Shown: positions 25,147-37,570 of the stretch, in pieces
How positions within the stretch are numbered: position 1 is the first letter of the stretch
How the letters are laid out: each line of letters begins with the position of its first letter
Assembly (NCBI GenBank): GCA_965287045.1
Contig: OZ336884.1
Location: 44,330,001 to 44,394,000, forward strand
DNA from: Carcharhinus amblyrhynchos
Taxonomy: Eukaryota
Length of the DNA stretch: 64,000 nt
Direction: 5' to 3'
The notes under the pieces: generated by a model
The model's input: the letters and a program-made list of their open reading frames with translations, nothing else
Databases searched by the model: none
Told to the model about the DNA's origin: nothing
Made by a program: the position numbers and the translations under genes

Positions 25147-25771
25147 GATTATGCATCCTTAATTTTAACGATGCAATTCATAGAAGCACATTAATAAGCA
25201 TTTTACTTTTTGTCACTGGCTTTTGGAACCCAAATACATTTTCATTGTGAGCTGTGACTCAATTGGTAGCTTTCTCATTCCGGAAACAAGGCTCAAGTTC
25301 AGAAGGGTTGGCAAGGTAGGAGCTCTGCAAGAGGGAATTTTGCAAGGGAAGCATGTGGGGGTGGGCCACAGACAGAGTTGTGAAGGGGAGGGGGCATTTT
25401 GGGGTCCAACAGATAACTCATTGAGAGTGCCTTAATGCCCCAGTGCTGGCGATCCATGTTGGTGTGCAGCGGTAGCAAAGCCGTTGATGATGAGGGATGG
25501 GGGGAATGGGAAGAGATCTCCTGGTTCACTGTTAGATCAGGGCGCCATGCACACTGGTGCCCGAGAGCTCTGAAGCCAGCTTCCCCAGCATACTTACGTC
25601 CCGCGCCCCCACCAGCATAAAGCTCTCAGCTGTCTAAAAATGTCATTGTCAGAAGATTGCGGTGCCAAGTTCACCCAAAAGATTGGCGTGGAGGGCTCCC
25701 GTCTTCACACTATTATGACACTGAGAACTTTTTTGGGAAAATTGCACCCACTTTCAAATACCAAGTTGAGG

Positions 25772-26025
25772 CAAAAGATCCCATGGCACTATTTTAACAA
25801 AGAGCAAAAGTTATAACTTGGGGCCCTGGCCAATATTTATCCCTCAATAAAGAGATTATTTAGTAATTGCCACATTGTTGTTGGTAGGAGTGTGCTAGTC
25901 ATAAATTAGCCACTGCATTTCCTATGCTGGAATGGTGACTACCGTTCAAAAGTTGCCAGTGGCTGTAGAAATGCATCAAGATGTCTGGCAGTGCTGAAAA
26001 ATGATACACACAAGCCTTTCTTTTT
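25772..26025 (+). mobile_element. Deu-domain SINE, 3' part
   Basis: 'aaaagatcccatggcactatttt..aagagca..cctggccaatatttatccctcaa'. Confidence 0.6.
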
Positions 26026-26889
26026 CTTACGCCAAATTCAAATTCAGGCCATAATGATGGGATGCAATTCTCCTTTGTTTGCTGGCTGACACAAAAAGCA
26101 TGCAATTAGAATTCAGTTCCAGCTTGGATATATCATAGGATGGGTCAATTTAGTCAAAGGATGATGCAATACTAGTATAATGGCATCTAGCCATGCTGTA
26201 TCTAACGTGGGAATGTTTGCTGCTGACACTTGCCTTGATAAATGCTAAATCCTACATGTTTGTACAATATTTTTCCAATAGGGTCACATGATCATGGCTC
26301 CAAAGCACACTGACTTCAGACGTCAGACTGGAAATGGTCCAACTTGATATTTACTATAAAATCAAGAATACGTAGGTGTAAAAAGGGATGATTTGAAGCA
26401 CATCTCATTATAGATAATTGCTTTAGCACTCTAATACTTAGACATGACTCTTAATCATTTTGAAAAATTCTCCAAGCATTAGAATTATACTATAAATCAA
26501 ATCAAGCACAGCAATTACTTGAAATTTTAAAAAATGAAAGAAATATATTCCACTTAAATATTCCTTTCCTACATCTTCTTCAACCAAAATTTGTAATTCT
26601 AATGACAAAGATAATTTCTCTGTAGTACAGGGTTGGAATATTATCCTTTCCTCAGTATAATGCTTCTGTCAATCTTGGAAAATTTTGAGTCAACGTTAAA
26701 TGGTGGCGATCTCCCAAGATGCCCGAATAGCACAAAAGTCAATACAGGTTCAACACACAGACCAAGACCGAAATTCAATTCTTGGGGAGTGCTAGTCTAG
26801 CTGATTTAAGCTGAGGTGTGCAAATTCTGTAACTTTGGAAAAGAGAAATTGAAGAAATCATTAATTGTTTCCTGCATCTACTTACTTAT

Positions 26890-27771
26890 TGTCATAAAAG
26901 AGCAGAGTAAGGGTTAATGTGGGATGAGAAAAACAGTATCACGCACTGTATGATGTAAAGAGTACTGTGATGGTAGACCGTCTGTGCAGTAATCTGGAAG
27001 GAGTTAGAATGGAGACAGCACCCATGCAGCCACCTTGGATATGTTTATAGTTATGTGTTCCCAATGGATGGTTTATGTTCAACAATGCAAGCCTCCAGAC
27101 TTTTCAGTGAGACACCAAACTTTTTAGGTGTCCAGATCACCAACAACCTTTCCTGGTTCCCCCCATGTCGACACTATAGTTAAGAAATCCCACCAATGCC
27201 TCTACTTTCACAGAAGACTGAGGAAGTCTGGTATGTCAGCTATTACACTCATCAACTTTTACAGATGCATTATAGAAAGTATTCTTTCTGGTTGTATCAC
27301 AGCCTGGTATGACTCCTGCTCTGCCCAAGACTGCAAGGAACTACAAAAGGTCTTGAATGTAGCCCAATCCATCACACAAACCAGCCTCTCATCCATTGAC
27401 TCTGTCTATACTTCCTGCTGCCTTGGCAAAACAGCCAGCATAATTTAGAACCCCATGCACTCCGGACATTCTCTCTTCCACCTTCTTCCTTTGGAAAAAA
27501 GATACAAAGTCTGAGGTCACGTACCAACTGACTTAAGAACAGCTCTTCCCTGCTGCTGTCAGACTTTTGAATGGACTTACCTAACATTAAGTTGATCTTT
27601 CTCTGCGCACTAGCTATGACTGTAAGATTACATTCTGCACTCTCTCATTTCCTTCTCGATGAACGGTATGCTTTGTCTGTATAGCGCGCAAGAAACAATC
27701 CTTTTCACTGTATGTTAATACATGAGACAATAATAAACCAAATCAAATCAAATCAAAATAACTTTACAACA
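26890..27771 (+). repeat. 5' LTR, split by a Rex1/Babar LINE insertion at 27121-27756
   Basis: Aligns to 32185-32425. One 63-column block (gatggtaga...ccatgcag) has 52 matches by hand count, and atggtttatgttcaacaat is shared exactly. It ends in CA (aataactttacaaca). The 5' boundary is approximate. Confidence 0.7.
27121..27756 (+). mobile_element. Rex1/Babar-type LINE 3' fragment inserted in the LTR
   Basis: HVDTIVKKSHQCLYFHRRLRKSG..YRCIIESILSGCITAWY, with a (caaat)n tail. Confidence 0.85.
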
Positions 27772-27782
27772 TAGTGGCAGTG
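27772..27782 (+). promoter_or_regulatory. Degenerate tRNA-Leu-like primer binding site
   Basis: TAGTGGCAGTG lies directly after the LTR-terminal CA. It matches TGGTGGCAGCG (complement of the tRNA-Leu 3' end plus CCA, from memory) at 9 of 11 positions, and both mismatches are transitions. Confidence 0.5.
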
Positions 27783-28150
27783 AAGGACGGATCCCAAAAT
27801 CCCAGAAGAGGCTGGAGAAGGAACGCAGAATCAGGAAAAAAACAATGAAGCCCGACCTTAGTGAAGTGCGCCGAAAATAAAGCTACAGTTGGAGGTTGCC
27901 TAAAAAGAAACTCTTTTACAGACGGGAAGGCTGAAGTATTCCATCAGGGATTGTGAAGTTCCAGTGCCAGACCTGATCAAATACAGAGTGAAGGGACCTA
28001 GCTAGATCATGAAGGGCTAAGTAAAATTTTTAAAAAGCAAAAATACAGAATGATCAATCGTGCAGATGAAAAGGAGAACCTGAGTGAACACAGAATCAAG
28101 AGACCTAGCCAAGAAGGGTAAGCAGAATACAATAAAAGGGCTGACACTAC

Positions 28151-28270
28151 TTTGATTTGATTTATTATTGTCACATCTGTTAGTATACAGTGAAAAGTAT
28201 TGTTTCTTGCATACTACACAGACAAAGCATGCCGTTCATAGAGAAGGAAATGAGAGAGCGTGGAATGTAC
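28151..28270 (-). mobile_element. Rex1/Babar LINE, extreme 3' end
   Basis: tttgatttgatttattattgtcaca is the reverse complement of the tails at 25120-25146 and 27720-27756. Confidence 0.75.
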
Positions 28271-28831
28271 CTATTAAAATAGACAACAATCACGATCAGC
28301 ACTCGCACTGCACAGCACAACTGTAAGAAAGCTGCAACAACTGGTCCTCAGCTGGCATTGGAACTTGTGAAGGCCAAGCTCAACTGAATGAAAAGAACAT
28401 TTTTTAAATAGCAACCAGAGCAAACAGATTCCTTCCATTTGATTTCCATACTTAAAACAAAAGAGGAAACTGGCCCAAGCCACTTGTTTTAAAGATTTCC
28501 TGCTGGGAGAGTATATTTCAAAAATGATTCTGTCAGTGCCATGGGAGCCTTCTGAAACTCAGCAAGCCTGGGAAGAACAAATAGGAAAAAAAGGCAGCTG
28601 CAGTGCCATCTTGAAGAAGAATGAAAATTTAAAGAAGTGCTCACCTGTTTAAAAAAAAACCCATGAATTGTAAACTACAACTATCAAACCAATTTATGCT
28701 AAATCAAGGGCCAAACCAAACTCAAAATTGGCTCCATGGAAAAGGGTTTTTTTTGAGTATATCAGGATTAAGCAAAACATCAGAAAAAAAATGAGTTAAT
28801 ACATTTTTATCCTTGTTTTGTATATTTGCGC

Positions 28832-29185
28832 AGGGAAGGCGATGGCCCAGTGGCATCACCGTTAGGCTATTAATAAAAACTCAACTAATGTTCTGGGGTC
28901 CCGGGTTCGAATCCCACCACAGCAGATGGTGGAATTTGAATTCAATAAAAAATATCTGGAATTAAGATTCTACTGATGACCATGAAACCATTGTTGATTG
29001 TCAGAACAACCCATCTGGTTCACTAATGTCCTTCCGTGAAGGAAATCTGCCATCCTTACCTGGTTTGGCCTCTAGAGCCACAGCAATGTAATTGACTCTC
29101 AACTGCCTTCCAAGGGCAATGAGAGATAGACAACAAATGCTGACCAGCCAGCGACACACGTGTCCCATGAATGATTAATAAAAAA
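28832..29185 (+). mobile_element. tRNA-derived SINE with a CR1/L2-group LINE tail
   Basis: B box gggttcgaatccc. The tail 'ccagcgacacacgtgtcccatgaatgattaataaaaa' resembles the 3' end of the LINE at 52520-52580. Confidence 0.75.
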
Positions 29186-29429
29186 GTAATCCCAAGACAA
29201 GGTATAGATTAATTCTAAACAAATTTAGCAAAATATTAAATGTCTTTGACAAACATTCGAAACTGGAAACTGTGAGAAGTGTGAACCTTAAAAAAAGATC
29301 TCGGGCATTGCAATAAAACGCTGAACAGGCAAGGTAACTCCTGGGCAAGGGAAATGGGAGACCGCAGAAAGAGGGAGACAATATGAAGCAATAACAAGAT
29401 GGTCACAGATCACATCAATGCAATGATTT

Positions 29430-31130
29430 TAAATGAGCCAAAGAGTTCAATTAAGAAAAAGAAGAGGCTGAGAAGTATTTGAATGATTAAAAAGAGTCTA
29501 TTGAAAATGCTGACACATTACCCAGTGTGTCATTGTCCACTACAAAAACAGATGGCAGTATGGAATAAGCAGCTGGCTGTTACTGAAGGAAGGTGATCCA
29601 ATATAACCCAAAGGAAACAATGTCCAGAGAAGGAAAATGAAATTGTTCCATAGGAAAATATTTTGATCAAAATTGAGTTGGAACATCACATACAAAAGTA
29701 CAATCAAACACAATAACAGGTAGAAACAGCACACAAAGAAATTGCTATCCTGAGAACCAATACATGGCCTGCAAAAACATGAGGAGTTAAAAGGTTGTTG
29801 AATGCTAACCAAAGGACTATCAGTAGTGACAAAGCAAAGCACTGAAATTCAGAGTGAGAAGGTAACAACTGAACAAGAAAATAAACGGTTGAAAGAATAG
29901 CTGATTGTTTTTCAGATCAAATGAAAAAGGAGTATATTATCCTTCAGCAACATAAAGAATTGAAAACTATTTTGCACTGTAGAATGTAACAGCCACAGGA
30001 AAAAGTTGAGAAGACTTTATTGAATTAAAAGAAACTCAAGACAAAGTAATTGAGCTTCTTAAAGAAAAACAAAACCTTCACATGCAACAAAGATCTTCTT
30101 TAGGTCAAAGTTTGTTCCACTGAAAAACCACAAAGTGAAGCAAAATGAACTTAATATGATTGAATGAACTGAAGAATCTGTTGGCAGAGAAGACTCAGCA
30201 ATATCAACATTCCAAAAAATGCCAAGAGGTACAAGGAAGAAACTGTAGAAAAAACTATCAGATTTTCCAAGCTGTAAATAAATAATGAAGCCATGAGTGG
30301 CTCAATTACAGTAATAAGTAAATATTTTGCTAGAGACAGACCTTGTAAACACTGGAACCAAAATTAAGGATAAGAATAAAACTTTGCTGCAGGTGGAGTA
30401 AGGAAAGACAGAAATAAGATCATAAAATCTAAATCCGACTTTGAAGCTCAAGGAACTCGATAAAAAAGCACTAGATGCCTCAGACGTGCTAAGAACCATT
30501 GAGTTGTTTAAAAAAAAACTTGCTGAAATGAAAATCAAGAACTTAAAACATCAAGAAAAAGTTGAATGGTTGTTAATGAAAGTAAAAGTTCACACAAAGG
30601 AGCATGAAGCTTCTCAGAAACAGCTGAAGAAAGTAAAATTAAAGAATAAGCTTGTCGAATAGCACACAGAAATTAAGTACTGCTCAGGGAAGAATATTCA
30701 GTGTACAGAACCAATGTTCATGGATGAAAGATGGGTTTGCTAATGGGAAAAATAGGAAAATAGAACTTGATGAACTTAAAGTATCAGGGGTATCAGTTAA
30801 GAATTGTGAAAAATGCCTGGAACCAAAAAGGGAATTACTTATGATAAAACATTAGAATGTAGAATTAGCAAGCAAAACTGATGAAATTCTTCAACTTTGA
30901 TCCAATCTGAAGAACATGAAAGATGTAATGCACAGTATGGAAGAGCAAACCCAGACTCTAAAAGCAGATAACGTGGAAACAAAGATAACTGAACTCATCA
31001 GAGTAATCGGTGATCTGAATGCAAGGATTCATAAATTTGTAAGTAAAATACTTGACAATAATAAAGTAAACAAATCTTTGGGCGAAATTGTGAAACAAAT
31101 AGAAATGAATGTTCCATTTTTGAATTGTCT
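29430..31130 (+). pseudogene. Decayed intronless coiled-coil coding sequence, possibly ANKRD26/CCDC144-like
   Basis: Successive E/K/Q/L-rich heptad-like segments broken by stops and frameshifts: EQENKRLKE, IELKETQDKVIELLKEKQNL, SKL*INNEAMS, LETDLVNTGTKIKDKNKTLLQVE, LKLKELDKKAL, MHSMEEQTQTLKADN. The family assignment rests on recalled sequence only. Confidence 0.5.
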
Positions 31131-31487
31131 GTTTGGAAGAAGAACATGGACCCTATGGAAAAGGAAAATCCAAGACAACTCTTGGAATGAACAGAGTGAA
31201 CATTCCCTCTGGAAGTTAATGGGACAAACCCATAATGTCCAAACTGAGCAGACACATTGTTATTAGGAGGAAGACAACTTGAAGGACTGTGAAAGTGAAT
31301 GAAATGAAGACCACAGAGTGTCGGAAATACAAACTGCAACAATTTCAAAATTCCAATCTTACAGAATCAAACAAAAGCATTTGGGACTACCATTCCTCCA
31401 AACATGGCAGAATGATACCTAGAAGAATGATCAACTCTCCACACCACCTGAATTTGAAGTCAGAGACTTGAAGGTTGGGGTTGGATA

Positions 31488-32153
31488 GGTGGGATTTTCT
31501 CCGATATTGGCAAAGGCTGATGTTGGGTGGTAAAAGGAGCATTGAAACTGCCATGGCAATGCTGAATTTGTCTGTCATATAGTGCAGTATGTAGGAAAAA
31601 CAGGTCCCACGACACATCACTAGCAGGGCGGCCTTTGATTCACTCATCTTGCCAGCAACTCAGGCACTCAATGATTCGGAGCACTATTTTTAAAGGCCAC
31701 CTCAGTGCACAGCTAGTGAACCAGTTCACCTAAGTGCACCCCTCTGGCACTAGCGTGGCACCATATAGCACTACACTGACATCAAGAGGACACTCGCCAG
31801 GCATCAAGCAGGTACTACTCTGAAATGACGCTCTCCCCTCTGAGCTTGCCTGGTGTATGCTTGCCAGGTGTATGCGATCAGAGACCAGTCAGGCTTCACG
31901 CCTTTCTGACAACACACCATCATGGGTGGATTTTTTGATGTGGTGTGATGATTCCAGTGTTTGGGACTTATTATTATTAATTATGAAGTTCCCAACATTC
32001 AACGTCAGGAAAACCGGCCCATCACAGATGGGGGGAGAGGACAATCACTTCCTGGGTTGATTTCACTGTGAAACACGATTTCTGCCCTCTTGCGATATTT
32101 TCCACTTCCATTGCTAAATCTGCTCGATGCAAGCAGGAGCAGAAAATCCCAAC
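31488..32153. mobile_element. Harbinger-type MITE inserted between the purine tract and the 3' LTR
   Basis: TIRs ggtgggattttct and agaaaatcccaac. Confidence 0.6.
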
Positions 32154-32184
32154 TAAAAAGTATGTTTTGGTTATGGCTAGGGTT

Positions 32185-32425
32185 TATGAACAGAGCAAGC
32201 GTTGATGCAAGACAGGGGAAACAATGTCACCTACCATATGATATGGAGAGTCAGATGATGGTAGATTGTGTGTGTAGTAAAGTCTGGAAGGAGCAAGCAT
32301 GGAGACAGTATCCATGCAGGACTCTATCATTGATAAGTGTATAGTTGTGGGCCACCAATACATGGTTTATGTTCAACAATACAAGTTTCCACCTTCTTAG
32401 TGAGAAAACAAACAACTCTGCAGCA
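32185..32425 (+). repeat. 3' LTR
   Basis: Diverged direct repeat of 26900-27120 plus 27757-27771. It ends aacaactctgcagca. Confidence 0.7.
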
Positions 32426-35400
32426 ATAGCCAGCAAAATTGTGTAGGTGTGTTCAAGGTGGGGAGCATGTTGAGCTGAGTCACGATGCCCATGCTATTTA
32501 ATGATCATACTCACAATGTCCTGACTCATACATGATGAGTAAACATATTCACAAGGTACTGGAAGGCTCCCAAAGTGGTACCCAGCTGTCAGCATCTTTG
32601 GAAGACAAGGGCAGAAAGAAGGCGGAGGGGAAAAAAAAAACAGGTCTGTGCCAAGAAAGTGGTAAACAATTATTAGCTAAAATAAGTTAGTCGCAAACTA
32701 ACATCTTGAAGCTCACATTTTTCTCGTGGGATTTTGTGATAATCTGGCACAAAGGTGCCTCAAGCTAAACCCTGTAGCATCCTGCAAGCTTACATTTTTG
32801 AGATGTTGTGCCACAGTTCTATGTGCTTGTCATAAGTTAACATGCCCAAGGGTTTGAAAATAATCATAAGGGTAGTAGGCCTGCTTATGGGTGACCTAGA
32901 TAGAGTATGCACCTTAAATGATTTCCGTCTATCAGTAACTGTTGTAACCCTGCAGTATGGTTCATGCAGCACTGTCAATGGAGGGAAAAATCATTTCCCT
33001 TGTAGCCACTGTACTGTAGCAATCTTAAACTCAGGGGCAAAACTGTCTAATCATATATCAAAATGCTAGCAAGGGTAATTCTGCATTTTGACAACCTACT
33101 GACACTCCAGTGATGTGAGACTTTGGGTATTCTGACTGCTAATGCAAGTTCCAGAGCAACATGAAAAATTTACAGGCACTTAGCTCAGCTTTCTTTTTGG
33201 TTTTCATTCTGCTTTTCCTTCAGGAGCAAAACAGTTTTTGCATTTATCTAGGCTGAATATTTGACTTGTATGATCCATTTCCATTAAAGCAAATTTATTT
33301 TTGGTTTCCTGGGTTTAGCCCATGCTTGTCTCATTTTCAACTAACACTTCTTTAACCTCATTGTTTATAACTGTGATGTAATGATAATCTGCTGTGACAG
33401 ATAAAATGTAAGAACACACCACTTTTTACAGCATGAATCAAGCTCTTTTTGGAATTTTGATTCAAAAGGCTAAAATGCAGCATTTCCTCCAACAAATGCA
33501 GTAACTGCCACAAAAGGTACAGGTTCAATTTTAGTACTAACATTTTAACTCAAGACTTTCTGAGCCACCATTCATCAGGATGTCTTGCTCACATTTGAGG
33601 TGGAAGCAGAATTTCTGATAACGGGTTGCCCAACACAATGTTCCCTAAATTATCAGCGGAAAATGTCAATGTAGCTTATTATGCCCTTTGCTGAAATGTG
33701 GTTGGAATATATGATGACTTGTTCATGTTTGTGTGTGTATGTGTGTGCATTTGTAAATACCTCACTATACCTTACCTGTCAATTTGGTTTAGTATGAATA
33801 CCGTATGTGAAGATAATGGGCACAGAATGACTTTCTGCTATATGGCATGCAAAGAATTCCTGGCCTCAAGTTTCTGCTCAATGCCACTGTTTTATTTTGG
33901 CTCATCTGCTCAAATCACGTACCCAGTGCTGATAATCAAGGAATCATAAGTGCAATTTGCAACCCGAGTCCCCACAATCTATTGAGCTAGTTTTAAAAAC
34001 ATGGCCCTGGAAGCTGGCCCTGTCCACATACTTGGGATGAACTGATCTCCTTTGCAAATCTTCATGACAGCTTTAAAAATCAAACTGCTTCTTCTGGGTG
34101 CAAGAACAGTAGAAGGTGCATTTTGTAAGGTTGTGAATGTAATTTTTATTTTAATTCACTAAGAAAGTGACTACTGTACTGCGATGTAACTGCAAAATTT
34201 TTATATATTGGCTAAAACTGAACTTCCAGCAATTTAAAATTGTTAATTGGGACCCTGAGTATTCCAATATTGACAATGAACTTCTTTTAAGCTGTTTTCA
34301 TCCAACTTCAACAAATTACCACTTTTAGCTTTATGAAGGATTTTTTTCTTAAGAAAAACAAAATTTTTAGAGAAGTATTACATAATGGTTCATGACTGAT
34401 TTTGTACTTGGTGATATGCAACTGAGTGGAAACTCGGGCAAAATCTGGCACTATTTAACACTTTAGCGAATGCATTTAAAGAACACACTTTACCCCAAGA
34501 ATTTGACAACATAATCATGAAACTGCCCCTTTCATGACTTGATTTGGCACAAGCTGTCGTGAAATAAGTCCTACCCGTTTGGATATTATGAATCTAAAAG
34601 ACTCAATTAAGGGAACAAAAACATAGCAGTTGAACTGGACAATTAAAGTTCAAAAGAGAAAGTTTTCATGTCAGATTAAGCTATTAAATAGTAAACAAAA
34701 TACTTTCTTTGTGTAGCTTAGTGGAATAGCAGCTGCAATGTTCCATTCATACTACAGCAGCCACAGTTCAAGGCCCAGCAGTTAGCATGCTCAATACACT
34801 GAACTCATATTATTGCAGTTCCCTTTGTACTGGGTGGTGCATTTCACTAGAATAATGGCTGCTGAGATCCTGACAAAAATTAATTTATTTATGCCCTTTT
34901 TTCCTATTTAGCCAAGGTTTTTATTAAATAAATGCCCGAGTTGCTGGAATTGTTGAATGGAAATCTCAATTTTTTAAATAAACAAATCAGACGCAAATAT
35001 ATAAAAGTCCAAAAATTAATGTTGTCATATGATGAAAACGAAATGTAAAATGCAGCCTTATACATTGATAAAAAGAACACGTATTGTGTGATAGGAAAAC
35101 AGCAGATATTGGAAAAAGCTGTATAGAGAGAGAAACATTTACCGTTCCTAGCTAACCTGCGCATTATGTGACCTCAGATACCTAGACGTTTTGAAAGTGT
35201 AGAAGATAGACAAACGAATAAGCTCTTGTCTGATCCAAATTAAATCTAGACCAGAATGCACCCATTTGAAACTGCCAGTCTCAGGTTCAGTGTGAAAGCA
35301 GCATCTTGGGTGAATATCAACTTTTCTTCCGGAAAAAATAGTGAACCCAATTAATCCAAGCCTCTGATTTGGCTCAACTGTCCTCAACTTGAATAATTCT

Positions 35401-35689
35401 GTAGGTCTTGACATTGGAGCCAAATTTGCTTTGATGCTTTGATGCAGTGGGCCAAATTTTACTTGAAAAATAGCATCAAATTCACACCACACACCATTAT
35501 TATTGCACAAATTAGCCAGCAAGTTCATGAGTTACTTTATGCGGCTTTGTTATTTGCCTCAATTGCACAAAATGGCATCTCACCCTTAACCTCCCTGTTA
35601 TGTTTCAAAATTTAATGGATTCGTGCCATAATTACATATCTTTAAGGCACAGGCCAGAAACATTCCACCAAAGGAAAAAGGCAGGATAA

Positions 35690-36955
35690 CCAAAGCTAGA
35701 GATCCATGATTGAAAGGAGTGGATAAACAATATAATGATACAAAAAAAGAGAATGCATGATGCATGTCAGGTGAACTATTCAAGCGATAACCAGATCAAT
35801 TGCAATAAGTTGAGAGGGGAAGTAAAGAGGATAGCAAGGCTAGCAAAGAGGGAATATAACAAGCGAACCTGAAAACCTTCTATAGGCATATACTAGTAAT
35901 GGACAGTAAGAAGCAGAGAGGGACCTATTAGGGACAAAGAGGGTGATATGTAGTTAGATGTACAGGCTGATCTTTATGATTCTAATATTTAGTAAGTACT
36001 TCACATCTAGGTTTATTAAGGAAGAAGGTACTGAAGAAACTGCTTATGCTTAGAGTGCAGAAAATTATTGTGGTGTCTGGCCCTTTCAGGGATGATCTTC
36101 TGAAAGAATCACATGACCTGGGCTGACCAAGCAGAAATCAAGTTGGGGCTTCATTCCAACTTGTCTGGGAAAGTGCCATCAGTTAAATCCTACAGTCACA
36201 TTCGGAAGAATTGAATCGACATCACTCCATTATTAGTTGTTGTTTGTTCTTAACTGATGGAGACAAGTCACTACAATTACGAAAGAAAGTGAGAATGGAT
36301 GGATGGAAAGGGTTGCCATAAATCTTCCGTTGATATGGAAAAGATGCCAAAGGATTAGAAAATGGGAAACGTGAAACCCCTACTCAAGAAAAGTGTAAGG
36401 ACATTCCTAGCAATTATAGGCCAGTCAGTTTAATGCCAGCGGTCGGTAAGGTTTTAGAAGCAATATTCGGGGGGTGGGGGGGAAATGAACAGACAGTTGG
36501 AGAGGATTGAGTTAATTAAGGAGAGTCAGTGTGGATTTGTAAACAGCAGATTCTGCTTGACTAATCTAACTGAATTTTCTTCTGAAGTAACAGAGAAAGT
36601 TGATGGGGAAATACGGTAGATGTTGTTCAGATTTTAAAAAAGCGTTCAACAAAGTGCAATATGAAAAGCTGTTTAACAAAATTGAGGTTTACAGAATACA
36701 GAGATCAGTGTCAGCTCAGATTTGAGGCCACTTTCAGACCGAAAGATAGCAGGCAGGAATGTTTCCCAAGGGCCAGTGCTCGGACCACCAATTTTTTAAT
36801 AACTACAAATAACTTGTACATTGGAATACAGTTTAAAATTTTGAAATTTGCTGATGATATGAAACTCAGCAAAGAGCAAGCATAACACCAAATGTTAATA
36901 GCAACTGAACATAGGTAGACTAACACATTGGGCAAAAAACTGATGATGGAATTTA
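35690..36955 (+). mobile_element. CR1 ORF2 internal fragment, left part, interrupted by Penelope
   Basis: 'agcaattataggccagtcagtttaa' (NYRPVSL), 'gattttaaaaaagcgttcaacaaagtg' (DFxKAFxKV) and KFADDMKL. Confidence 0.75.
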
Positions 36956-37041
36956 TGATGTGGAGATGCTGGCATTAGACAGGAGTAAACACAGTAAGAA
37001 GTCTCACAACACCAGATTAAAGTCCAACAGGTTTATCTGGT

Positions 37042-37080
37042 AGCACAACTTTTGGAGTGCAGCCCCTTCATCAGGTGAGT
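37042..37080 (-). ncRNA. Degenerate minimal hammerhead ribozyme motif in the Penelope pLTR
   Basis: The minus strand reads cacCTGATGAaggggctgcactcCAAAAgttgtg. The CUGAUGA box is intact, a stem II is present, and GAAA has become AAAA. Confidence 0.55.
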
Positions 37081-37570
37081 GGAGAATTGGGTTCACAAAC
37101 TGAACAGATATAGAGACAAACTTAATTACAAGATAATGGTTGGAATACAAGTCTTTACAAGTGCAGACAATGCGAGTGGAGAGAGAGTTAAGCACAGGTC
37201 AAAGAGGCGTGAGTTGTCTCAAGCCAGGATAGTTAGTAAGATTTTGCAAGCCCAGGCAAGTCTTGGGGGTTGCAGGTAGTGTCACATGAACCCAAGATAC
37301 CGATTGAGGCCGCACTCATGTCTGCAGAATGTGGCAATCATTTTCTGCTTGGTGGTTCTGCATTGTCATGTGTCTTGAAGGCCATCTTGGAGAACGCTTA
37401 CCCAAAGATCAGAGACTGAATGCCCTTGACTGCTGAAGTGTTCCTCGACAGGAAGGGAACACTCCTGCCTGGTGATTGCTGAGCATTGTCCATTCATCTA
37501 TTGTCACAGCGTCTGCAAGGTCTCACCAATATACCATGCTTAGGACATCCTTTCCTACAGCATATCAAGT

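Larger units (their letters stand above)
26890..32425 (+). mobile_element. Putative non-autonomous Gypsy-type LTR element with coiled-coil cargo
   Basis: Direct repeats at about 26890-27120 plus 27757-27771 and about 32185-32425, a PBS-like sequence at 27772, and a Gypsy-like terminal peptide (RRMINSPHHLNL) with a purine/G-rich tract at about 31420-31485. Confidence 0.65.
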
